Positions 48,462 through 56,900 of a stretch of DNA of 64,000 nucleotides are shown here, piece after piece. The DNA is from Bacteroidota bacterium. GTDB taxonomy: Bacteria; Bacteroidota; Bacteroidia; UKL13-3. Under the pieces are notes generated by a model, which saw only the letters and a program-made list of their open reading frames with translations, had not been told where the DNA came from and searched no databases. The stretch's first letter is position 1, and each line of letters starts with the position of its first letter. A program made the translations under genes and the position numbers. The stretch is taken from contig CANGGG010000003.1 of NCBI GenBank assembly GCA_947453415.1, positions 22,562-86,561 on the forward strand, in the 5' to 3' direction.

Positions 48462-50522
48462 ATGTTTGCAGGTTTTTGGCATCAAATTCCATTTATTAGA
48501 ATAGTAATTCCAATAACAATTGGCATTGGTATAAACCTGTTTTTTCCTATACCAATTATAACTATTTCAGTACTTTTATCCATTTCATTACTAACATTAT
48601 TCATTATTTGGAAAGTTTTTCATTATCAATTTTACAATAATATTTTTGGTATTTTTTTTAATGCTTCATTGTTATTAAGTGGAATTGCATTGCATTCAAG
48701 CCATAATCATTTAAACTATCAAACACATTATACCAAAACCTATGGTGAATATTTAGTAGTTGAAATAAATGAACCTGGACAAATGCGTAAAAATTCTATT
48801 AAATGTAAAGCAAATGTTTTACAAGTAATTAGTCAAGGAAAATCAATTCCAGTTGATGGTAATTTGATGATTTATTTTGAAAAAGATTCAACTATTTTAG
48901 CTCAATTAAAATATGGAACTAGGATTATAATTAAAAATACGAGTCAAGAAATTAAAGGCCCGCAAAATCCTTATGAGTTTAATTACAAACGTTACCTTGC
49001 CTTTAATCAAATATACCGACAAGCATATATTCCCAAAAATAATTTTGCATTAATTGACCAATTAGGTGGAAATATATTATGGAAAATTGCTTACCAAGCA
49101 CAAGCATTTTTCAACGTTTCACTTTTAAAATATGTTCAAGGTGTTAACGAAATAGCCATTTCCAAAGCTTTACTTTATGGTTATGATGACGAAATAGATC
49201 CAGAGTTAGTTCGCGCATATTCAAATACAGGAACATTGCACGTTTTGGCTGTAAGTGGAATGCATGTTGGTTTAATTTTTTGGTTGATTAATTTGGTGCT
49301 TAAATATTTTGATAAACGACAATATCAACGTGTTTTAAAAGCAATTATTTCATTAATTATCATTTGGGCATATTCGTTGTTATGTGGACTTTCACCTTCT
49401 ATTTTAAGGGCCAGTGTGATGTTTAGTTTTGTTGCCTTAGGCAATATAGTAAAAAACAAACCCAATGTAAATAATACTTTGGCGGCATCAGCATTTGTGC
49501 TGCTTTTGTTTGATAGTAATATGATTGCTAATGTTGGTTTCCAATTAAGTTTTTTAGCAGTTTTTGGCATTGTAAATATTCAAAAATATTTTAAACAATG
49601 GTTTAGTTTTAACAGTAAAATTGGCAATGAAGTATGGAATATTATATCGGTTTCTATTGCTGCGCAATTGGCAACTTTTCCTTTAGGATTATTTTATTTT
49701 CATCAGTTTCCAGTTTATTTCATTGCTTCAAACTTGTTAATTATTCCGCTTACTACATTGGTAATTTTTGTTGCCATTGCAATGATTTTTATGGCGGGAT
49801 TGGCACAGTTATTTTCAATATTTAATTACTTAGCAATGGCCTTGGGTTTGGCGGTAAAATGGCTTATTTATATTACCAATATTATTGTGCTTTGGCTCGA
49901 AAAACTTCCATATTCTTTTATTTCCGGAATTCAAATCAATGAAATAGAAACCATTCTTATATTTATTGCGGTAGCATATACCTGTAGTTATTTTATTACT
50001 AGAAAACAATACTTGGCAAAACTCGGATTGGTATTTTTTATCTTAGTGTTTTTGGTAAATGCTTACGAAGATTTTAAAATTCAACAACAAAAATTTATTA
50101 CAGTTTACAATATCAATCAAACATTTGCTATGCAAATTTTTGATGGCAATAAAAGTATTTTAATTGTTGATTCTTCCTTATTAAACAATTCCGATAAATT
50201 TCATTTTCACATTCAGCAACATATTTGGGCCCACGGAATTACTGACGTTGACACCATTCCATTTTCTAATAATTTGCAAATATCATTGAATAAAATGAGG
50301 CTCAATATTGGCAAAACTGTTTTGCCAGATTGTATCAATATTTTAACTCAAAAAACATTTATAGACACAAATTTGATTAAAAACAATAATGCTTCAGTGA
50401 TAATTAGTTCCAAACTAAAAACTAATCAAGCTCAAACAATTTCAAAATTTTTAAGCAATAAAAATATCAATGGAAATAATGTGATGGAAAATGGCGCTTT
50501 TACCTTTAATATTGAACCATAA
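48462..50522 (+). CDS. comEC: ComEC/Rec2 family DNA-uptake channel protein
   Basis: It has an N-terminal DUF4131-like region and a competence domain (LLYGYDDEIDPELVRAYSNTGTLHVLAVSGMHVG). No C-terminal metallo-beta-lactamase domain is evident. Confidence 0.75.
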   Translation: MFAGFWHQIPFIRIVIPITIGIGINLFFPIPIITISVLLSISLLTLFIIWKVFHYQFYNNIFGIFFNASLLLSGIALHSSHNHLNYQTHYTKTYGEYLVVEINEPGQMRKNSIKCKANVLQVISQGKSIPVDGNLMIYFEKDSTILAQLKYGTRIIIKNTSQEIKGPQNPYEFNYKRYLAFNQIYRQAYIPKNNFALIDQLGGNILWKIAYQAQAFFNVSLLKYVQGVNEIAISKALLYGYDDEIDPELVRAYSNTGTLHVLAVSGMHVGLIFWLINLVLKYFDKRQYQRVLKAIISLIIIWAYSLLCGLSPSILRASVMFSFVALGNIVKNKPNVNNTLAASAFVLLLFDSNMIANVGFQLSFLAVFGIVNIQKYFKQWFSFNSKIGNEVWNIISVSIAAQLATFPLGLFYFHQFPVYFIASNLLIIPLTTLVIFVAIAMIFMAGLAQLFSIFNYLAMALGLAVKWLIYITNIIVLWLEKLPYSFISGIQINEIETILIFIAVAYTCSYFITRKQYLAKLGLVFFILVFLVNAYEDFKIQQQKFITVYNINQTFAMQIFDGNKSILIVDSSLLNNSDKFHFHIQQHIWAHGITDVDTIPFSNNLQISLNKMRLNIGKTVLPDCINILTQKTFIDTNLIKNNNASVIISSKLKTNQAQTISKFLSNKNINGNNVMENGAFTFNIEP

Positions 50523-50533
50523 TTTTAAATACT

Positions 50534-51310
50534 ATGAACGAATTAGTTTTATTTGAAGTAAAGGAACGTGTGGGTTATATTATTTTAAACCGACCAGAAA
50601 AACGCAATGCATTAAGTTTTGAATTTGTAGCGGAAATAAAACGTGTTTTCGCCCAAGCCGAAAGTGATAAAAACTGTAAAGTTATAGTTATTAAAGCTAA
50701 TGGCGAAGCTTTTTGTAGTGGTGCTGATTTAGCAAGTTTACAAGCCATGCAAAACAATACTTACGAGGAGAATTTAGCAGATAGTAATCATTTAAAAGAA
50801 CTATTTACAATGATTTACCAATCACCTAAAATTGTGATTGCACAAGTAGCAGGTGCGGCCATTGCTGGTGGCTGTGGCTTAGCCAGTATTTGCGATTTTT
50901 GCTTTGCAATTCCTGAAAGTAAATTCTCCTATTCTGAGGTAAAAATTGGATTTGTTCCTGCCATTGTTATGGTATTTTTAATTAGAAAAGTAGGTGAACA
51001 AACTGCCAAAAAATTATTGCTTACAGCTGAATTATTTAATGCTGAACAAGCCAAAAACTATCAAATAATTAATGAAGTAATAGCAGCAAATGACATTGAA
51101 AATTACGTATTTAATTTTGCCCAAAAACTTTGTACCGGAGCATCTGAACAAAGTTTGGCTTTAACCAAACAAATGATAAACGAAGTACAAAATCGTAATT
51201 TGAATGATGCTTTAAATTATGCTGCAGAAATGAACGCTAACGCACGACAAACAAACGATTGCAAACGCGGAATCAGTGCGTTTTTAAACAAAGAAAAGTT
51301 AATTTGGTAA
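50534..51310 (+). CDS. enoyl-CoA hydratase/isomerase (crotonase) family protein
   Basis: It has LNRPEKRNAL and AFCSGADL oxyanion-hole motifs. Confidence 0.85.
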   Translation: MNELVLFEVKERVGYIILNRPEKRNALSFEFVAEIKRVFAQAESDKNCKVIVIKANGEAFCSGADLASLQAMQNNTYEENLADSNHLKELFTMIYQSPKIVIAQVAGAAIAGGCGLASICDFCFAIPESKFSYSEVKIGFVPAIVMVFLIRKVGEQTAKKLLLTAELFNAEQAKNYQIINEVIAANDIENYVFNFAQKLCTGASEQSLALTKQMINEVQNRNLNDALNYAAEMNANARQTNDCKRGISAFLNKEKLIW

Positions 51311-51330
51311 ATGTTAAATTTTTAAAACTA

Positions 51331-52029
51331 TTACTTTACTCTTGTAGTAATTTGTTCAATTCTCTTTTCGTAATTTTTACCTTTAAATATTCTGTTTACA
51401 TATATTCCTGGTGTATGAATCATATCTGGATCTAATTCGCCAGCGGGCACCAATTCTTCTACTTCGGCAATGGTAATTTTACCTGCCATGGCCATTAATG
51501 GATTAAAATTACGCGAAGTTGCTCTAAAAATTAAGTTCCCGTGTGTATCGCCTTTCCAAGCTTTTACAATAGCAAAATCCGACTTAAATGCATGTTCTAA
51601 CAAATAGGTTTGACCGTCAAAATCTCGGGTTTCCTTCCCAATTGCTACTTCTGTACCAATACCAGCAGGCGTATAAATAGCTGGCATTCCATAACCAGCA
51701 GCCATGCAGCGAGTAGCTAAAGTTCCTTGAGGAATTAATTCAACTTCTAATTCACCACTTAATAACTGACGTTCAAATTCTGCGTTTTCACCTACATAAC
51801 TCGAAACCATTTTTTTTACTTGATGTGTGTTGAGCAATAAGCCAATGCCAAAACCGTCAACACCCGCGTTATTACTTATACAAGTTAAGTTTTTAACACC
51901 TTTATTTACTAATGCTGTAATTGAATTTTCTGGAATGCCACATAGTCCAAATCCACCTAACATTATTACTGCACCATCTGCTATATCTTTGATTGCTTCG
52001 CTAGCATTTTCAACTACTTTATGTAACAT
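51331..52029 (-). CDS. CoA transferase subunit A (3-oxoacid CoA-transferase alpha-like)
   Basis: Its N-terminus is MLHKVV…[25 protein letters not shown]. It is 232 aa. Confidence 0.85.
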   Translation of the reverse strand: MLHKVVENASEAIKDIADGAVIMLGGFGLCGIPENSITALVNKGVKNLTCISNNAGVDGFGIGLLLNTHQVKKMVSSYVGENAEFERQLLSGELEVELIPQGTLATRCMAAGYGMPAIYTPAGIGTEVAIGKETRDFDGQTYLLEHAFKSDFAIVKAWKGDTHGNLIFRATSRNFNPLMAMAGKITIAEVEELVPAGELDPDMIHTPGIYVNRIFKGKNYEKRIEQITTRVK

Positions 52030-52049
52030 ATTTTTTTAATATTTTAATT

Positions 52050-52150
52050 GAAAGATTACAAGATTGAAAGATTACAAGATTCTCAAATCTCATTTCCCAT
52101 CTCTCACATCTCATTTCTCATTTCTCAAATCCCATCTCTCACATCTCATT
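52050..52150. repeat. short tandem repeats in the scoA-clpS intergenic region
   Basis: GAAAGATTACAAGATT is repeated twice. An ATCTCATTTC/CCCATCTCTCACATCTCATT unit is then repeated at least twice, and the last copy overlaps the clpS stop. Confidence 0.5.
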
Positions 52151-52418
52151 GCTCCACCACGGCTGAAAGTCCTCTGTCGCAAAGCGCTTGGCAAATACTT
52201 TTTAATTTTTCTTCTTCGCCATTTTTAACCAAAGCTTTTCCTTTATAATGCACCAACATGGCACATTGTTCTGCTTGTAATGCATCATGTTCACAAATTT
52301 CGCAAAGGCATTCAATCACCCAATCAAAAGTATTTACATCGTCATTATATAAAACAACTTTATAACCATTGTCTATTAAATCCAATACATCAACCTCTAG
52401 TTCTTTTTCTGTTTGCAT
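52146..52418 (-). CDS. clpS: ATP-dependent Clp protease adaptor ClpS
   Basis: A 90-aa protein with the YKVVLYNDDVNTFDWVIE…CEHD motif. Confidence 0.85.
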   Translation of the reverse strand: MQTEKELEVDVLDLIDNGYKVVLYNDDVNTFDWVIECLCEICEHDALQAEQCAMLVHYKGKALVKNGEEEKLKSICQALCDRGLSAVVEQ

Positions 52419-52432
52419 TTATTTTTAAATAA

Positions 52433-53056
52433 TTATTGATTTTTCTTCTTTTTAAATGATAATTTGTTTTCAGTACCTGCTTTAAGCCTGGTAATATTTG
52501 TTCTATGAGTATAAACTACTAGTATTGCTATGGCACAAAAAAAACAATTTGCGATCACATTATTGTTATAAAAATAAAAAGAAAGTATCGCCCCAATTCC
52601 AGCAGTAATCATGCTTCCTAGCGAAATGTATTTGGTAATAGTAACAATAGTAACAAAAACCAAAATACAAATCAATGCAATTTGCCAATTTAAAGCTATA
52701 CACATGCCCAATATAGTGGCAATTCCTTTTCCGCCTTTAAATCCTGCAAATACAGGATACACATGACCCAAAACTGCTGTTACACCCAAAGCCATTTGGA
52801 AGTTAAAATGATTTTGAGTACCAGCCTCTATTGCTGAAAAATGGATTAAACTTGTGGCTAAAAAACCTTTTAACAAATCAATGAATAGCACAATAAAACC
52901 TGCTTTATTACCTAAAATACGTAAAGTATTTGTAGCACCAGCATTACCACTTCCATGCTCGCGAACATCAATTTTATGAAAAGTTTTTCCGTACCAAACA
53001 GCGGTAGGAATAGAACCTAATAAATAGGCCAAAAGGATTAATATTACTAATGTCAT
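52433..53056 (-). CDS. plsY: glycerol-3-phosphate acyltransferase PlsY
   Basis: It has GSIPTAVWYGK and HGSGNAGATN motifs and is 207 aa. Confidence 0.9.
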   Translation of the reverse strand: MTLVILILLAYLLGSIPTAVWYGKTFHKIDVREHGSGNAGATNTLRILGNKAGFIVLFIDLLKGFLATSLIHFSAIEAGTQNHFNFQMALGVTAVLGHVYPVFAGFKGGKGIATILGMCIALNWQIALICILVFVTIVTITKYISLGSMITAGIGAILSFYFYNNNVIANCFFCAIAILVVYTHRTNITRLKAGTENKLSFKKKKNQ

Positions 53057-53283
53057 TTTTAAAAATTCTATTCAAGATTACAAAATTTATAGTTTATAAA
53101 AAAATACATTTGCTTTTTCTTCATCATTATCAATTTAAAAATTGATAAAAAAATCTATTAAAAGGCAAATTCTAAAAAAAATTATGCCAATTATTATCAA
53201 TGAATTTTGATAGATATATTAGTATTGATAATATAAAATAACCCTTAACTTTACACTGTACTGTAAATTAAACCATCCTAAAT

Positions 53284-53994
53284 ATGAAACGCATCATCCA
53301 AAAATTATTTTTAGGTAGTAATGCCAAAAATGTAAAACCATTGGTAAGCCCCATTCGAAAAAACATAAAAAATATACAATCTATTTGGCACAATCATCAC
53401 CAAGATGACAGTGGAATTGAAAAAATTATACGTCTGTTTTTAGCTACATCGCAATTGCTATTTCCAGGTATTTATTTGAAAACATTTGCCAGCAAAAAAG
53501 GAATTGAATACCAGGATTTGGCATTGGATTTATATGTAACACTTAAAGTAATTTTCCCAATTGTAATATTGGTAAATAATTGGCAATACTACCCCTGGAT
53601 CATTATGATTTTGATATATTTGTTATTAGAAACCATTGTTTATATTCCCACTTTAATATTTGCTTCCGATTTATTTTCAAGGCCACGTTCTTATAAAAGA
53701 TCCATGTTGTTACTTTTTTTTAATTACCTTGAAATTGTGTTTGCATACGCAGTAATTTATGCCAGTGGCAATTATTTAAATCAAGCATTTACTCATTGGT
53801 TCGATGCTGTTTATTTTAGTATCATTACTTCCTCATCTATTGGCTATGGCGACTTTTATCCTGTTACCACTTTCGGACGATTTTTGGTAAGTACACAAGC
53901 TTTATTGTTCTTGTTTTTTGTGGTTTTATTCTTGAATTTTTTCTCTACCAAAATTAAATCCAAAGGTTATTTTGACCATGAAAATAAGGAGTAG
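53284..53994 (+). CDS. two-TM potassium channel family protein
   Basis: It has the TSSSIGYGD selectivity-filter signature between two TM helices. Confidence 0.75.
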   Translation: MKRIIQKLFLGSNAKNVKPLVSPIRKNIKNIQSIWHNHHQDDSGIEKIIRLFLATSQLLFPGIYLKTFASKKGIEYQDLALDLYVTLKVIFPIVILVNNWQYYPWIIMILIYLLLETIVYIPTLIFASDLFSRPRSYKRSMLLLFFNYLEIVFAYAVIYASGNYLNQAFTHWFDAVYFSIITSSSIGYGDFYPVTTFGRFLVSTQALLFLFFVVLFLNFFSTKIKSKGYFDHENKE

Positions 53995-54060
53995 GATTAC
54001 AAGTTTCAATATTTAAAAACATTCTTCAATTTAAAAACTTGAATAAATAAATCTTTATCG

Positions 54061-54078
54061 TAATATTGCAATATAATA
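54061..54078 (+). promoter_or_regulatory. candidate ArsR operator palindrome
   Basis: ATATTGCAATAT is a perfect 12-bp palindrome with imperfect extensions. It lies 13-24 bp upstream of the arsR ATG. Confidence 0.3.
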
Positions 54079-54086
54079 ATAAAATA

Positions 54087-54419
54087 ATGGGGGCAAGTAA
54101 AACAGATCATTTTACCGAAAAACAAAATCAATTGGCAGCCATTGCAAAAGCCTTAGGCCATCCGGCAAGAGTTGCAATTATTGAATATTTACTTTCGGTC
54201 GATTCATGCATTTGTGGCGATATAGTAAATGTATTGCCATTGGCACAGCCTACAGTTTCGCAGCATTTAAAAGAGCTAAAAAATGCAGGAATTATTAAAG
54301 GAAATATTGAAGGAAATGCCATTTGTTATTGTATCAATGAACAAACATTGAGCATTTTACAAGCATTTTTTGCGCATATCAATAACCATTTACAAATAAA
54401 AAAATCAAATTGTTGTTAA
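54087..54419 (+). CDS. arsR: ArsR/SmtB family metalloregulatory repressor
   Basis: It has an HTH (HPARVAIIEYL…QPTVSQHLKELKNAGII) and a CxC pair (SCICGD) in the metal-site position. The ATG at 54087 is preferred over the TTG at 54066. Confidence 0.8.
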   Translation: MGASKTDHFTEKQNQLAAIAKALGHPARVAIIEYLLSVDSCICGDIVNVLPLAQPTVSQHLKELKNAGIIKGNIEGNAICYCINEQTLSILQAFFAHINNHLQIKKSNCC

Positions 54420-54495
54420 AAAGTGTCTGTAATAAAACTCGAATTTCAAGTTTTCTTATCAGACAATTCTCATTCAAAAAACTAAAAATAAAATT

Positions 54496-54966
54496 ATGAA
54501 ATTATCAAAAGTAAAAGACGCATTATTAACAGTAGAAACGGTTAGTTTTATATTGCCAAATGGCAAAAAAGTACCAGCACATTTTCATGTAACTGAAGTG
54601 GGTAAAATTACCAAAAAATTTATTGACTGCGGTGGTGTAGTTAGAAACGAAAATATTGTTAATTTTCAATTGTGGGAAGCCAATGATTTTGACCACAGAT
54701 TAGCACCACAAAAACTATTGAATATCATTGCACTTTCAGAAAAAGTTTTAGGAATAGAAGACCATGAAATTGAAGTAGAGTATCAAGCTGAAACAATTGG
54801 AAAATTTGACTTGAACTTTAATGGGAAAGATTTTGTGTTGGTTAACAAACAAACCGATTGTTTGGCTAAAGATAAATGTGGAATTCCAACTGAAAAACTA
54901 AAAGTAAAACTAATGGAATTAGTTCCAGAAATGAACGCTTGCAAACCAGGAGGTGGATGTTGCTAA
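54496..54966 (+). CDS. DUF6428-like protein of arsenic-resistance operons
   Basis: A 156-aa protein lying between arsR and acr3, as is typical in Bacteroidota ars operons. Its C-terminus CKPGGGCC has vicinal cysteines. Confidence 0.5.
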   Translation: MKLSKVKDALLTVETVSFILPNGKKVPAHFHVTEVGKITKKFIDCGGVVRNENIVNFQLWEANDFDHRLAPQKLLNIIALSEKVLGIEDHEIEVEYQAETIGKFDLNFNGKDFVLVNKQTDCLAKDKCGIPTEKLKVKLMELVPEMNACKPGGGCC

Positions 54967-54978
54967 TTAATAAAAATA

Positions 54979-55103
54979 GGTCAGTTCAAGCGAATTAGTT
55001 TCTAGGTTTTAACGGAGTTTTCAGTCATGTCGAGCTGAGTTTTCAGTCATGTCGAGCGGAGTCGAGACATCTTTAACTGTTCTCGACTACGCTCGAACTG
55101 ACT
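54979..55103. repeat. GC-rich nested palindromic repeat (family C) inserted inside the ars operon
   Basis: AGTTTTCAGTCATGTCGAGC is duplicated in tandem. The inner inverted repeat is GTCGAGCGGAGTCGAGA…TCTCGACTACGCTCGAAC. The outer inverted repeat is GTCAGTTCAAGCG…CGCTCGAACTGAC. Confidence 0.5.
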
Positions 55104-55153
55104 TAAAAATTGTGAACTAACTATTATTTAATCATAAAAACATTTCATAAACT

Positions 55154-56206
55154 ATGACAACAAACAAAACCATTGCACAGCAAAAACGATTAAGTTTCTT
55201 GGATCAATATTTAACACTTTGGATATTTTTAGCCATGGGAATTGGCGTATCTATTGGTTATTTTATTCCATCATCTGCTAATTTTATCAATTCATTTTCG
55301 AATGGAACCACTAATATTCCTTTGGCAATTGGATTAATATTAATGATGTATCCTCCGCTCACAAAAGTAAAATTTGAAAAAATTCCAACGTTATTCAAAA
55401 ATAAAAAATTATTGTTTGTATCGTTTTTCATCACGTGGATTGTTGGTCCGTTTTTGATGTTTTTTTTAGCAATAACTTTTTTAAAAGATTATCCTGATTA
55501 CATGACAGGCTTAATTATTATTGGTCTTGCGCCATGTATAGCCATGGTCATTGTTTGGAATGAATTGGCTGGTGGAAACCGAGAATATGTAGCTGGTTTG
55601 GTTGGAATCAATAGCATATTACAAGTGCTTTTTTTCAGTGTTTATGCTTATTTTTATTTAGAAATTATGTTGCCATTTTTTGGAATACAAGCTTTAAGCA
55701 TTGACATTACCATTGGCGAAATCGCTAAAACAGTTGGTGTGTACTTAGGAATTCCTTTTGCCTTGGCAGTAATTAGCAAACTGGTTTTAACCAAAACAAA
55801 AGGGGAAGAATGGTTCAATAGAAAGTTTATTCCTGCCATTTCTCCCATTACATTAATTGCTTTACTTTTTACCATTGTAGTCATGTTTAGCTTAAAAGGT
55901 CAAATGATTGTAGATATTCCTTTTGATGTGATTAGAATCGCCATTCCGTTGGTCATATTCTTTGCCATTATGTTTACACTTACCTTTTTTGTTAGCAAAT
56001 TCTTGGGCGCTGATTACGCACAAAATGCGGCTATTTCTTTTACTGCCTCTGGCAATAATTTTGAATTGGCCATTGCTGTTGCAATAGGTGTTTTTGGAAT
56101 CAACAGTGGACAAGCATTTGCCGGAGTAATTGGTCCGTTAGTGGAAGTTCCTGCATTGATTTTATTGGTAAAATTTGCTTATTACTTAAAGAAAAAATTG
56201 TACTAA
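55154..56206 (+). CDS. acr3: ACR3 family arsenite efflux transporter
   Basis: A 350-aa polytopic protein whose N-terminus …LSFLDQYLTLWIFLAMGIGV and P/C-containing helices are typical of ACR3/ArsB. Confidence 0.9.
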   Translation: MTTNKTIAQQKRLSFLDQYLTLWIFLAMGIGVSIGYFIPSSANFINSFSNGTTNIPLAIGLILMMYPPLTKVKFEKIPTLFKNKKLLFVSFFITWIVGPFLMFFLAITFLKDYPDYMTGLIIIGLAPCIAMVIVWNELAGGNREYVAGLVGINSILQVLFFSVYAYFYLEIMLPFFGIQALSIDITIGEIAKTVGVYLGIPFALAVISKLVLTKTKGEEWFNRKFIPAISPITLIALLFTIVVMFSLKGQMIVDIPFDVIRIAIPLVIFFAIMFTLTFFVSKFLGADYAQNAAISFTASGNNFELAIAVAIGVFGINSGQAFAGVIGPLVEVPALILLVKFAYYLKKKLY

Positions 56207-56207
56207 A

Positions 56208-56837
56208 ATGAAACTATATAACAACTTGAATAATTCAATCATTAATCTAATAAAAGAGTTTGATTTAATTACCGAAACCCGAAAACAAGAACTTGAAAAT
56301 TTAGCGTTAGTAATTGAAGAAAGTTTTAACAAATTCGGTAGGGCAGAAATCACAGTAATCTGCACTCATAATTCTCGCAGAAGTCAGCTTGGGCAACTTT
56401 GGATAAAAACAGCAGCCATTCATTATGGCATTAAGAATATTTATACATTTTCTGGAGGAACAGAATCAACTTCATTCAATTTTAGAATGGTAAATGCCCT
56501 AAAAGAATATGGATTTAAAGTGAAACAATTGGATGAAAATGCAAATTCAAAGTATCATATTCTATTAGGAGAAGAAGATGAAAGTATGGATATACTTTAT
56601 TCAAAAGTTTACTCAGAAAATTACAATCCACAATCCAATTATATAGCCATTATGGTATGCAGCCAAGCCGATGAAGGTTGCCCGTTTGTTACTGGAGCAT
56701 ATAAACGAATATCATTGCCATATTTAGACCCAAAAGAGTTTGACGATACTGAATTAGAAAGCATCAAATACCTAGAAAAAGTAAAAGAAATTGGAAGAGA
56801 AATGCTTTATATGTTAAGTAAAACAGCAAAAAACTAA
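56208..56837 (+). CDS. arsC: arsenate reductase of the LMW protein-tyrosine-phosphatase family (thioredoxin-coupled ArsC-like)
   Basis: It has a CTHNSRRS P-loop (CX5R) and a downstream Cys. It starts 1 nt after the acr3 stop. Confidence 0.7.
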   Translation: MKLYNNLNNSIINLIKEFDLITETRKQELENLALVIEESFNKFGRAEITVICTHNSRRSQLGQLWIKTAAIHYGIKNIYTFSGGTESTSFNFRMVNALKEYGFKVKQLDENANSKYHILLGEEDESMDILYSKVYSENYNPQSNYIAIMVCSQADEGCPFVTGAYKRISLPYLDPKEFDDTELESIKYLEKVKEIGREMLYMLSKTAKN

Positions 56838-56845
56838 TCAATAAA

Positions 56846-56884
56846 AAAGGGTGTTCAATTTAAAACCGAACACCCTTTTTTTTA
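56846..56884. terminator. bidirectional rho-independent terminator between arsC and carB
   Basis: AAGGGTGTTC…GAACACCCTT forms a stem flanked by an A-run and a T-run. Confidence 0.6.
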
Positions 56885-56900
56885 TATTTTATGTTTAAAA

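Noticed and set aside
52050-52150. Possible CRISPR array
   Set aside because: The repeats are direct tandem copies with no unique spacers of 25-40 bp, and no cas genes are nearby.
54990-55110. Possible tRNA or other stable RNA gene in GC-rich intergenic islands (also 31644-31865)
   Set aside because: I found no tRNA-like acceptor or T-arm (GTTCGAATC-type) motifs. The regions are better explained as palindromic repeats. I leave them as unknown elements, not RNA genes.
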